Positions 1-9,944 of a stretch of 64,000 nucleotides of DNA are shown piece by piece. The stretch comes from Lagopus muta (Eukaryota). The stretch covers positions 4,793,829 through 4,857,828 of the forward strand of contig NC_064458.1 of assembly GCF_023343835.1 (NCBI RefSeq). Direction: 5' to 3'. Made by a program: the position numbers and the translations under genes. Every line of letters begins with the position of its first letter. Within the stretch, counting starts at the first letter, position 1. The notes beneath the pieces were generated by a model. The model did not search any database and was not told the origin of the DNA. It worked only from the letters and a program-made list of their open reading frames with translations.

Positions 1-333
1 AAAGGCAACAGCAGACACAGTTTCCAGTTACCCCCAAAAGGTAAAGAACTCAATCCCAAAAACAAAGACCAAACTGCTTAAGCCATTCTTGAAGATCAAG
101 GCACACAGAACACAAAAAAAAAAACACACCTCCATGCAGAGAACCCTCAGAGGGGGCAGCCAGCCCTTAAATGAGGTCAGGGAGGGCTGGAACCAGGCTC
201 CACTCCTTTGCCAGACAAGTGAATTGCTTCCACCTGTTCTCCACAGCAGAACAAGGTCTAATGGACATAAAAGACCAGTCGGTCTGGTTTAGCCCTGCCA
301 GGCCTAAACAGGCTGGTTAGGGGAGAGGGGGGG

Positions 334-386
334 AGATGGATGGATGGACAGACAGACGGACAGCCAGATGGACGGACAGACGGACT
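334..386. repeat. Simple repeat, (GGAT)n/(GACA/GACG)n compound microsatellite
   Basis: Direct reading: gatggatggatggacagacagacggacagccagatggacggacagacggac. Confidence 0.7.
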
Positions 387-2689
387 TGCCAGGCCTGATC
401 TTCTTAGTCGTCTGCCTGAGAGGTTTAGTGATCCACAAGCCTGATGTGGCAGCCTAGACGGTCTGCCTTGGGACTGCATGGACCGGCTGCACTCAGCCTT
501 TGAGGGAGATCTCAAATCTTTGGTCAAGCTGGCTGACTGGCTGGGGAACCCTTACAAGCCAATTGGGCCAGGCCAAAAGCTGGCTGGCCATTCAGGGGAG
601 CACTGCCAGGTGAAAGGTGGCCGGCCAGCTGGCCCATGGAGCTCTGCGTTTCCAGACCCCTGCAAGCTAGCCAAAGGGGCTCTGGCCCTGGCAGGCTGGT
701 CAAAAGGCACTGACAGGCTTCCCCTTCCCCTGGCTGTTTCTTGCCAGGATCTTCAAAAGGAAATGTTGGTATCAGGCATGCGGAGAGCTTTCTGACTGCA
801 GCCATCAGGGACTCTGGCCTGCATGGACTCAAGTGCTTGAAAGGAGAAGAGACAAAGGAAAGAACTGCCCCAAAATGCATCTGGTCTCCAGGGATGGACC
901 AGCTCCTCACCGAGAGGAAGGACTTTCCTGCTTAAGAAAAGTAATTAACAGCATTGACTGCTGGAAGCCATGCTGCATCCCTTTGGGGCAAATATCAGGG
1001 TGTCCTGGTTTTGCTGAGGATAGAGTTAATTTTCTTCCTATGAGCAGGCATGGTATTGTCCTTTGGATTCTGTATGAGAATGATGTCGATGCTTTGGCTG
1101 TTGCTGGGCAGTTCTTCCACTCAGCCAAGGAGTTTTCAGCTTTTCAGACTGCCTTGCCAGTGAGGAGCTGGGGAGGCACGAGGAGCTGGGAGGAGACAGA
1201 ACCAGGACAGCCGACCCAGAGTGGCCAAAGCAATATTCCATAGCATCTGGCACCAGGCTGAGCAATAGAACGGGGCTCATGAACTGGCTGGGCATTCAGC
1301 AGATGTGAGCAATGGCATCTCTCGTTCCAGATATTATTCTTTCATCATTCTTATTCTTTTAGCATGATGATGATTACCGTGGTTGTTTTTCTTACTATTA
1401 ATTATCTGTCTTTTCTCTCATATTGAACTCTATCTCAGCCCACTGGTTTTTACACCTTTAATTTGGACTCTGCTCCCCATCTCATGTGGAGAGTGACTGA
1501 ATGGCTGCGTGGTGCTGAGCTGCCTGCTTCTCCCTAATAAACCAAATAAATGAGAGGGTGAGCGTCCAAAACCAAAGGCCTTATTCTAAAGCTGAAGGCA
1601 AGACAGCTGTTTAGCCGTGTCATAAAACCATGACACTTTAATGATTAACTTTCATGTTGTTATGCTAAAAGCATTCACTGAGATAACCTCCCAAACTCAC
1701 TTATGAAGAGAGTAAATGTTTTCTGTGATCAGAAGAAATTCATTGGCCAGGAGAAAATAGTTCTAACTGTCAAATTTCAGTCCTTCAGTTATCTTCCCTT
1801 TCAAAGAGTTAATGCCCCTCCTGTTTGTAGGCTCTCTTTAGGTCTTGAAAGGCTGCAATCCTTGCTATTTGTTCTTTATTACAAGGTTGCAGCTCTTCAC
1901 AGTATACTTCATGCTGCTACTATGTGATGCCAAAGCTGACACCTGCTGTTTTGTCTCCATAGACATCATGAAGGTCATGTGGGTGCCATTTTTTCTACAT
2001 GAAGGAGCTCAGTTCCACACCTTTGCTCACACACTTTTGCACACACTTCCATGCCAGGTGCCAGTTTGTCAGATTGCCCCACTGCTGCCATGGAACGCAG
2101 CACTGGTGGGAAGGCTCAGGCTCCCTGACACACAGGCTCCATGTAGAATAACTGCAATTTAGCATTCAATAGAGGTGTTTGCATTTTTTTCTTCTAAACT
2201 GTATTGTGACTAAAAACTAGTCCCACATCCAAACTGGTTTTCAGGGTACCACATTTCCTTTGAAATGCTCTTTGAAATGAAATTTCCTTCCTCTTGCTCT
2301 TAGAGAAATTGAAGGAAATTTTAGAAGGAAACTTTAGAAGGAAAACAGAGAACAGAGGTCTGCTGCCAAGCTCCCTGGAAATGCTGGTTCTCTCTCCCAC
2401 CCTCTTCAGGCATTAGGCTGGCCATCTCTAAGAGGGCACGGGTGTTCCAGGGCTGTCTTCTGCCTGAAAAGCATCCAGCCAAACTAACATGGAACCCAAG
2501 GCCAAGCACCAGACCTGGGCTGAGTAAGGGCAGCAAAACCCACCTGGTGGTCTTCATGGAGCTCAAAGGCCAGCCTGCCCTCAGTGCCCAAAGGGAGCAA
2601 ACGAGCCTGCAGCCACCGAGCTCCAGATCAGCCAAATGCCTGCAGTTTAGGGCTAAGGAGTTCAGGCCAGCACAGGGGAATCAGCAGTC

Positions 2690-2960
2690 AGACTCAGCAT
2701 CTGACAGTGGGGCCAGCCTGCCCGAGGGGCCGCCAGCACACGAGGGCTCCAGGTCTGGGGAGTGCCAGGCACCAAGGGGCAGAACTGGGCTGTCAGGGTG
2801 GGCAGCAGGCTGCTGTGCTGACGTCACAATGGGCAGCAGGCAGCACCGGCCAAGCTGTCACCGTGTCACCATGGTGACGTTTGTGACACGGGCACCCGGG
2901 AGGGGTGTGAAGGTGATGCGCGGTGGTGGGTCCCACATCCTGAAGGAGCATCTGGCAGAG
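2690..2960 (+). promoter_or_regulatory. GC-rich promoter-like module P just upstream of putative first coding exon. Contains a perfect CRE palindrome TGACGTCA (2819-2826) and a degenerate TATA-like region. A near-copy P' lies at 3673-3930.
   Basis: TGACGTCA read directly. The module is ~270 bp, about 85-90% identical to 3673-3930, and sits 20-280 bp upstream of an ATG-initiated exon with a strong donor. Confidence 0.35.
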
Positions 2961-2978
2961 AGCAGACGCACCTGAAGG

Positions 2979-3105
2979 ATGAGCTTCGGCATGGCTGTTG
3001 CCAATGTGGAGCATCGTGCTTGTGCCAAGCAGACCAAGATAAAATTCTGGGAAGATGGCCCCGCCACACCGCGGGGCTACAGAATGCCAGAGGTCACCGC
3101 CAGAG
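2979..3105 (+). CDS. Putative first coding exon (MSFGMAVANVEHRACAKQTKIKFWEDGPATPRGYRMPEVTAR, ends in phase 1). An alternative initiator is the ATG at 3084 (MPEVTAR).
   Basis: In-frame stop TGA 2973-2975 immediately upstream. Donor CAGAG|gtacgt at 3106. The phase joins the next exon perfectly (G+AG=GAG). Confidence 0.35.
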
Positions 3106-3316
3106 GTACGTGGGTCCACAGCTGGCAGGGGAGCAGAGCTGCCAGCGAGTCCTGGCACTGAGCGGGCAAGAGCCAGCATGGGGACCACCTCAGGGCTGCC
3201 TCCGTGTGGGGCTGGGGACGGCAACGACATTTTCCATCTGCCACCTCCCTCCTGCCCTAAGCCAGTAGGAGAAGTGGCAGAAGCAGAGCGTGACCTGCTT
3301 TTCCTTTGCCTTGCAG

Positions 3317-3378
3317 AGCGAGTTGCTGTCTGGGATGCGGTGGCCGACTACGTCCAAGAGCAGCTCCTGCTGCGCAAG
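3317..3378 (+). CDS. CCDC81: Coding exon 2 (E)RVAVWDAVADYVQEQLLLRK, CCDC81-like N-terminal region
   Basis: Acceptor cttttcctttgccttgcag|AG, donor AAG|gtgggt. Open frame, phase-compatible with flanking exons. My recollection of CCDC81 N-terminus (…VWDAVS-YV--QLL--KGV-IP-LG…) matches. Confidence 0.5.
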
Positions 3379-3534
3379 GTGGGTCAGCGCCTTCTTCCCA
3401 TTTGTCTGCTTGGAGGGGTGGGAACCCCTCGCCTTGGGACACAGAACTCAATGACTCTCCCCCCCTGCAGAAAGCAGGATATTCACCCCCCCCAAAATGC
3501 CTGTCAGGTACCAGTGGGCCTCCCGCATGCATGG

Positions 3535-3620
3535 TATGACTACAGCATGTATGTTGGGGCTGATCACGAACTCTGGAAGCCTCTGGATTCCATGAGGCTG
3601 CTGCTGCCCTGACTGCTGGG
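3535..3620. repeat. Module X (atgactacagcatgtatgttggggctgatcacgaactctggaagcctctggattccatgaggctgctgctgccctgactgctgggttgcgtttttggag), duplicated at 3935-4020
   Basis: Two copies about 93% identical read directly. Lies in intron 2 of the + strand gene. Confidence 0.7.
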
Positions 3621-3672
3621 TTGCGTTTTTGGAGCCTGCCCAAGGGGCTGCCAGCAACACTTCTGGCGCGGT

Positions 3673-3930
3673 GCCGCTGGCACACGAGGGCTCCAGGTCT
3701 GGGGAGTGCCAGGCACCAAGGGGCAGAGCTGGGCTCCTGCCATGTCAGGGCAGGCAGCAGGCTGCTGTGCTGGCGTCACGATGGGCAGCAGGCAGCACCG
3801 GCCATGCTGTCACCATGTCACCATGATGACATTTGTGACACGGGCACCCGGGGGGGGTATAAAGCCAGAACATGGCTGTGGGTCCCGCATCCTGAACAAG
3901 CATCTGGCAGAGAGCAGACTCATCTGAATA
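3673..3930 (+). repeat. Module P', an intronic duplicate of the promoter-like module. Has a canonical TATAAAG (3857-3863), but the CRE is mutated to TGGCGTCA.
   Basis: Base-by-base similarity to 2693-2960: gcacacgagggctccaggtctggggagtgccaggcaccaaggggcaga…catctggcagagagcaga. Confidence 0.7.
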
Positions 3931-3934
3931 TGAC

Positions 3935-4020
3935 TACAGCATGTATATTGAGGCTGATCATGAACTCTGGAAGCCTCTGGATTCCATGAGGTTGCTGCTG
4001 CCCTGACTGCTGGGTTGTGT
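3935..4020. repeat. Module X', second copy of X
   Basis: See 3535-3620. Confidence 0.7.
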
Positions 4021-4189
4021 TTTTGGAGGGCAAAGGGAGGGAGAGGACCGGGCAGCTCCTTCCCAAAGCTCTCCCACAGCCCTGCCTGAGCTTCTGAACA
4101 GTGGGAGAGGGCACGGCAGGACCCAAAGCACCGTCTGTGCTTCAGCTCTTCCTCCAACCTTAACACTTTCCCTTCTCTTCTATGTGCAG

Positions 4190-4343
4190 GGAGTCCGAAT
4201 TCCAACCTTTGGTTCCTTCAGCCTTGCCTCCGAGCGGATCGAAGCCAAGGATGGAACCATGGTTATCCAGTGGCCTGCATTTCACCTAGCCAGGAACCTT
4301 GCGGGCATCCGTAACTTCACGGATAACAAGGATTACCTGCCAG
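4190..4343 (+). CDS. CCDC81: Coding exon 3: GVRIPTFGSFSLASERIEAKDGTMVIQWPAFHLARNLAGIRNFTDNKDYLP(G), ends in phase 1
   Basis: Acceptor ttcccttctcttctatgtgcag|GGA. Donor CCAG|gtagga. 51 codons open. In phase with exon 2 (phase 0) and exon 4. Confidence 0.6.
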
Positions 4344-4547
4344 GTAGGAGGAGGCTTAAACCCTTTCTTGCTGTACAGATGGGACAAAGGGAGCCATCGC
4401 CTCCGTTCTCAAAAGCAAACCTCACCCTCCCTCCATGGAGCCCGTCCCAATACGAGGCTGTCCTGGGTGGTGACTGCAATAAGCAGCACTTGGGAAGCAC
4501 CCACGGAACGGCTGCTGCATGACATCCTCTGCTGTGTGATTTTCCAG

Positions 4548-4804
4548 GCCACAAGGAGCTGGAGGCCCTCAGATTCTCTGAGATGGCCACAGCTGCATCT
4601 GTGAGCCGGCAGACTGGGAAGGCCTGCATATTTGGCACAACATCGCTCATCTCCCACTGCCTCAGGAAGGGGGAGAACGTCGCCTTTGTCCTGAAGGACA
4701 TAGGAGTGCTCCTCATTGAGGGAACAGGAGTTCACATGAAGTTCTACTATGACTTCCTGGAGAGGATCAGTGGGAAGGAGAACCTAGAAAAAGTTGTTTT
4801 CAAG
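4548..4804 (+). CDS. CCDC81: Coding exon 4: (G)HKELEALRFSEMATAASVSRQTGKACIFGTTSLISHCLRKGENVAFVLKDIGVLLIEGTGVHMKFYYDFLERISGKENLEKVVFK
   Basis: Acceptor gtgtgattttccag|GC. Donor AAG|gtgagc. G+GC completes the Gly codon from exon 3. 85 codons open. The sequence resembles the HU-like domain of CCDC81 as I recall it. Confidence 0.6.
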
Positions 4805-4982
4805 GTGAGCTTTGGTTTCTCTGTGTCCTGGTGTCTCACTCCAATTTATAGGAGGGAGAGGAGGTTCTTTTATTATCTATATACCCAGAGTGAGATTATG
4901 AAGTTTTTACCAATTCTTGTGTAACTCTAACCGATTCCTGTAGTGCTTCTATGGTTTGGAGTTCTGCCGAATGCTTTTCATT

Positions 4983-5222
4983 TCAGAACTCCACAGCAGC
5001 TTTTAAAGCAGCCCCGAGTACGGCACAAATAAACGACTTTCCTTTTCCAGCTCGTGTATGAGCCTCATTCTGTAAGACACTAATGCGGTCCGAAACACTC
5101 TGCAAATTATGCCAATTTTGGCGTGCCCAGTCCACCCCTGATAAAGAGGGACGAGCACCATGCTTTTCTAAAAGGTCAAATAACACATCTTCACTTTTCA
5201 TACTGGCAATACTGTTACTCAT
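4983..5222 (-). pseudogene. N-terminal fragment (~79 aa read) of the ENS-1/ERNI-like ORF, truncated by internal deletion
   Basis: About 90% aa identity to residues 1-79 of the 515-aa array ORF. Its downstream sequence is fused to an LTR terminus. Confidence 0.75.
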
Positions 5223-5551
5223 TTCTTAATACAATGAAAGACCTATACTAAGGGAGGAGGAGGTACACGTATTCAAAAGCTCAGTTACTCCTTACCGCTC
5301 CTCCCAGGGAGATACACCACACCTGAACAAATGCAAATGCTCCAATCACTCCTCCCTTTCTTTGGGGGAGCACAAAAAATGTGACGCTAAAGCAACACTT
5401 TCTAGGTTTCAATAGAGTAAATAAAATTTCTTGGAGAGGCACACACGTTTAAGTAACAAAATATCACTTCCTCACTTCCCCAAGAGGCGCGTGCATGCAG
5501 ACGCACACACACACAACAACAACAACAAAAAAAGGTTCAAGTTTCACACTT

Positions 5552-6455
5552 CACAGAATCACAGAATCACAGAATCACCCAGGTTGGAAGGGACCTCAAG
5601 GATCATGTAGTTCCAACCCCCCTGCCTAGCAGGGCCCCCAAACATACACATTTAGATCAGGTTGCCCAGGACCGCGTCCAACCTGGCCTTGAACACGTCC
5701 AAGGACGGGGCATCCACAACCTCCCTGGGCAGCCCATTCCAGGGCCTAACCACTCTCCTTGTAGAGAACTTCCCCCTAACATCCAATCTAAATCTTCCCT
5801 CCCTCCACTTGGATCCATTTCCTCTAGTCCTGCTATTGTCAGCCCTTTTGAAGAGTTTACTCCCCTCCTGGGTGTAGGTTCCCTTCAGGTATTGATAGGC
5901 TGCAATGAGGTCACCCCGCAGCCTTCTCTTCTCCAGGCTGAACAAGCCCAACTCCCTCAGCCTGTCCTCATAGGGGAGGTGCTCCAGCCCCCTGATCATC
6001 TTAGTAGCCCTCCTCTGGACCCTTTCCAAAATCTCTATGTCTTTCTTGTACTGAGGGCTCCACACCTGGACACAGTACTCCAGATGGGGCCTCACAAGAG
6101 CCAAGTAGAGAGGGACAATCACCTCCCTGTCCCTGCTGACCACCCCTCTCCTGATGGAGCCCAGGATCCCATTTGCCTTTCGAGCTGCCAGAGCACACTG
6201 CTGGCTCATGTTCAGTCTCTCATCCATCAGGACCCCCAGGTCCTTCTCTGCCGAGCTGCTCTCGAGGACCGCTCCTCCCAGCCTGTACAGGTGCCTGGGG
6301 TTCCTCTGGCCCAAATGCAAAACCTTGCACTTTGCCATGTTGAACCTCATTAGGTTCACCTGAGCCCAGCTTTCCAGCATGTCGAGGTCCCTCTGAATGG
6401 CATCCCTTCCTTCCACTGTATCAACCGCACCACTCATCTTGGTTACCAAATAACC
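5552..6455 (-). mobile_element. CR1 LINE fragment, 5'-truncated (ORF2 RT C-terminal part plus 3' UTR with (GATTCTGTG)3 tail), nested inside the retroelement leader
   Basis: Minus-strand translation …[43 protein letters not shown]…[31 protein letters not shown] is the typical CR1 ORF2 C-terminus. The + strand reads cacagaatcacagaatcacagaatcacccaggttggaagggacc. Confidence 0.85.
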
Positions 6456-6677
6456 AGAGAAGTCTTCCCGAGGAGGCACACACGTATTAATCAAAATGCA
6501 AATAGTCAAAATACGTCCCCGAGAGGTACACACATAAAAGGTAAAGTTTCAGAATATGGAGCGGTCTTCCTGGAGAAGGACTCACGTCTAAATTTTCAAA
6601 ACTATCGCTCCTTGCAACTCCAGGAAAAAAAAGTTTCAAACTAGATCTGGAAGGACAACACTCCCACTGCGGGTATC

Positions 6678-6695
6678 CTGCAACGACTACACCAT
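6678..6695 (-). other. Primer binding site of the old copy (sense TGGTGTAGTCGTTGCAGG)
   Basis: Lies 9 nt inside the LTR terminus (…GCGAGACA tttatttaa TGG…). Homologous to the array PBS. Confidence 0.35.
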
Positions 6696-7584
6696 TAAAT
6701 AAATGTCTCGCTCCAATTTATAGGAGGGAGAGGAGGTTCTTTTATTATCTCTATACCCGGCGTGAGATTAAGAAGCAACGGTTCAAATGTTGGTCCGACC
6801 AGTTTATTACAAATCTTAATTAGGGAAATGGGGAAGGGGAGGACGGACACTATTATGAATTAGAGTAATGGGGAAGGGAAGGAAGGTGATAGAAAAGATA
6901 GAAAAGAAGAAGCAAGGGGTCATTATAGGCAGCAAGAGGGAGATAATCACCACCATGGATCCAGCGTGGTTCATAGTTCAGTCTTTGATCTTCAGTAGCA
7001 GTGGGTCGTCAGGCAGAGTTGTTCTGTTGACGACGATGACCACGACCATGGTGATGATGGCCCTTTTTCAATGCTTCAAAGGGGCTGAGTCAGCTCTCCT
7101 TGGAGTGACAGCTCAAACCCAAAGTGGTTGAGTCAGCTCTCCTTGGAGTGACAGCTCAAATCCAAGGTGGTTGAGTTAGTTCTCCCTGTGGTGGCAGCTT
7201 CTGGCTCTGGGATCTCAGCAGGAAGCTCCTTTGTTCTTATCTTTCTGGCCTTGCCAGCAGATAAGAGGAAGCAGGGAGGCACCAACTTGCATCTTGCCTT
7301 CGCAGGATACAATGATATCATCCCCCAGCCTCCCATAGCAAGCTGGAGTGGTTTGGCCACAGGCCAGATCTTCCGCCAGTGAACACTGCTGAGCGCTCTC
7401 TTCCGCTCTTCTACAGAGCAAGCAGCTCTGGGGGAAGGGGCTTGCAAATGTTCCCAAAGCGATATCCATTGTCACACAGTTAGCACCCATCACTTGCCTC
7501 CTTGACAAGTCACTCAGAGTCTTATCACAAGAAAAACCTCAGGAAGCAAGCTTTGAGCCAAAAGAAGAAACAAAGAAGGATTCT

Positions 7585-7932
7585 CACACCTGGGCAGCCC
7601 CACGAGCCCAGAGCTGCCTGCACATGGCCCACCAGGACCTGGCCACCTGCTCGGGCTGTGCAAGTGCAACTTTTCAAGCTACGCCAGGGGAAATTCAGGC
7701 TGGACATGAGGAAGTATTACTTTTCAGAAAGGGTGGTCAGGCACTGGAATGGACTGCCCAGGGAGGTGGTGGAGTCACCGACCCTGGGGGTGTTCAAGGA
7801 AAGACTGGATGTTGCGTTGAGGGACATGGTTTAGTAGGAGCTATTGGGAATAGGTGAACGGTTGGACTGGGTGATCTTTTAGGTCTTTTCCAACCTTAGT
7901 GATTCTATGATTCTATGATTCTATGATTCTAA
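7585..7932 (+). mobile_element. CR1 LINE 3' fragment (ORF2 C-terminus plus (ATTCTATG)n tail)
   Basis: + frame …[54 protein letters not shown]. The tail reads gattctatgattctatgattctatgattctaag. Confidence 0.85.
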
Positions 7933-8034
7933 GTGCTGTGCTGCTGCCAGCACTCCCTGCCTTGGGCTCCTCGTGTCCCCAGTGCCTCAGCCATGACAAG
8001 GTCATCCCACATTCTCCCCGTTCCTCCCCTGCAG

Positions 8035-8120
8035 GTCCCCTGGCTGCTGGACATGCTGGTGCCCCGGGTGGCAGCTGTTGCCTCCCTGACCTCCTCAGGC
8101 CAAGTCATCGTCTTTCCCAG
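8035..8120 (+). CDS. CCDC81: Coding exon 5: VPWLLDMLVPRVAAVASLTSSGQVIVFP(R), ends in phase 2
   Basis: Acceptor ccgttcctcccctgcag|GTC. Donor CCCAG|gtgagt. Phase 0 entry matches the exon 4 exit. The open frame continues KVVFK|VPWLLDM. Confidence 0.5.
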
Positions 8121-8809
8121 GTGAGTATGTTTGTGGCTGCGGCCCCTGCTTCCCCACATGTGTATGGCATCCTTCCACCCCCCCATATTCCTCCTCTCTC
8201 ATGCCATTTTATGCAATTTCTTACTATCAGGTGGAGCTTGAGCCTCTCAAGTCAAATATACCTTTGTCCTGCAAAGTTTATTTGAAAACATGTAAGGTGG
8301 AAAGCCTTGGCTCGGGGTGGGCCAAGAAAGCAGGATAGTTTATCTGTTCCAATAGTATCATCAAGGCCCCATCCTTGCAGGGCGGTCATGGAATTTGGCC
8401 ACAGGACTCCACCCTGCTCCACACTCCATGCTTTCTTAGAGTCAGCGTGCCGGGCTCGCCCTGGTGCTTAGGTCGCAGATCAATTGCTTAGGGAACTGAG
8501 GGAAGGCTTGGCCTTCTCTCCGGAGGCAGACATTTCAGCAAGTCACCTCCAGGAAATGCTTCCTGGATTGCAGACATTTCTGTGAGGCAGATCTGATGGG
8601 AGAGATGAAGGAATTTAGGTGACATTTTCATCCCTCCGTGGCCTGGGTGACCCCGTTTCCCAAGACAGTCCTTGGTATCGGGGCGCAGTCGATACTGGGG
8701 AATTATGGCCTCTAGGTGATGGGAGAATCTGCCTGTGAGCAGGTGATCCCAGCCAGCAGAAAGGGCAGCTGGAGCCCTGGGTCACACCATGTCTTCTCCT
8801 TTTGTACAG

Positions 8810-8901
8810 GTTTAAACGGGAGTTTGCACCCAAACCACCGCCAGGGAAACCCTGCAGGGCCTCAAAAAGGCTTTTGCTACGTCTTGGCCGGGGCAAGAAA
8901 G
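8810..8901 (+). CDS. CCDC81: Coding exon 6: (R)FKREFAPKPPPGKPCRASKRLLLRLGRGKK(G), ends in phase 1
   Basis: Acceptor tcttctccttttgtacag|G. Donor AAAG|gtaaag. AG+G completes the Arg codon. 30 codons open. Confidence 0.4.
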
Positions 8902-9400
8902 GTAAAGCAGCTGCCAGTCCCTCTCCATGCCACACACAACCAACACGTGATGGGAAAATCCCCAGCCCACCATCACCCAAAGGTCCTGACTTGTGAAACC
9001 ATTTGCACCAGCTCAGCTCTGCCTCTCCTCCTGACCGCACATCGTCCTCATCAAATCTAAGATGCTGGGTGAAATTCCCACAAGTGCTCCCATCCCGGCA
9101 AGAGCACTGGGGGGTCCTCAGCCCTGTCCTTTCCCCAGGAAATGAGCCCCCAAAAGAGACTGTCACCTCCCAGGCACCACCTAGCTCCTCTTTCCCATTA
9201 ATGCAGTCCCAAAACACAGCTGCACCACAGAGAGAAGGAGCTGGGCATGAGGCACAGACGGCCCACGGTCTCTGCATCTGTGAGGGGAGCAGAGCAGCCC
9301 TCTCGGGTGCTTTGGGACAGGCCTGAGCACCCTACTTGTCACCGGGCCGGTAGATCCATGGTCAGTCTCCTCTGACGAGATCTCTCCTTCTCAATTCCAG

Positions 9401-9506
9401 AGGAATTTCCTGCACTGCCACCCCTCACCAGCTGGATCCACCTCACCATTCCAGTGGATACAACACAGTCTGAGGGGGGAACAAGTGAGGACAAGAGGAA
9501 GGCAAG
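9401..9506 (+). CDS. Candidate coding exon 7: (E)EFPALPPLTSWIHLTIPVDTTQSEGGTSEDKRKA…
   Basis: Acceptor ctctccttctcaattccag|AG. Donor GCAAG|gtgaga. Phase-compatible with exon 6. No comparative support. Confidence 0.25.
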
Positions 9507-9944
9507 GTGAGACTGCAGGCTCAGGGTTGGGATCTGCACAGGGTGTTTTCCCAACCTGACAAGAGCCCATTGCACGTGAACACAGCACATGAGGGGTGGG
9601 ATGGTGCTCCTGGGAGCCCCCAATTCACAGGGCTGGCCCCTGTCCAGCCCTCAGGAAAGCAACCGCACAACCTGAGAGCTATGTGTGGAGAAAGCTGCGT
9701 TGCAACCAAGGGTCCTGGTCCGGGGTTGCAGGATACGGCCCCAAAGCCATCACCCACTCAGGCAGACCTCTCCCACTCTGTCCTTTCAGTCAGCTGCCAG
9801 CGATCCCAGGGGCATTTTCTGCCAAAAAAGAGCCTCAAGAAGAGAAGAGAAAATGCTCGATCAAAAGCAAAGCATCAGAGGTGGATCCAGCAGAGAGAGC
9901 GTGACCTCCAAGTGACAACGAAGAACAACACGGCAGAGTCGGCA

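Larger units (their letters stand above)
4838..7584 (-). mobile_element. Old (~90-93% identical) rearranged copy of the same LTR-retroelement that forms the tandem array at 49.9-64 kb. It is inserted antisense in intron 4 of the host gene. Structure in + coordinates: 73-bp LTR-terminal fragment (4838-4910) fused by internal deletion to ORF codons 1-~105 (4911-5230). Then 5' leader (5231-5551), nested CR1 (5552-6455), leader with PBS (6456-6711), and LTR (6712-7584) truncated by a second CR1.
   Basis: Direct alignment by eye: 4838-4910 = 49896-49968; 4911-5230 ≈ 53925-54240; 5231-5551 ≈ 54240-54425; 6456-7584 ≈ 54440-55510. The minus-strand ORF fragment 4983-5222 translates to MSNSIASMKSEDVLFDLLEKHGARPSLSGVDWARQNW…, against MSDSIATMKSEDVLFDLLEKHGARPSLSGMDWARQNW… in the array. 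Confidence 0.8.

Noticed and set aside
2442-3685. Overlapping 100-185 aa ORFs on both strands in the GC-rich promoter/intron region
   Set aside because: GC-rich sequence yields long stop-free frames by chance, and they overlap mutually and the duplicated non-coding modules. Only the segments bounded by good splice signals and phase continuity were kept as exons.
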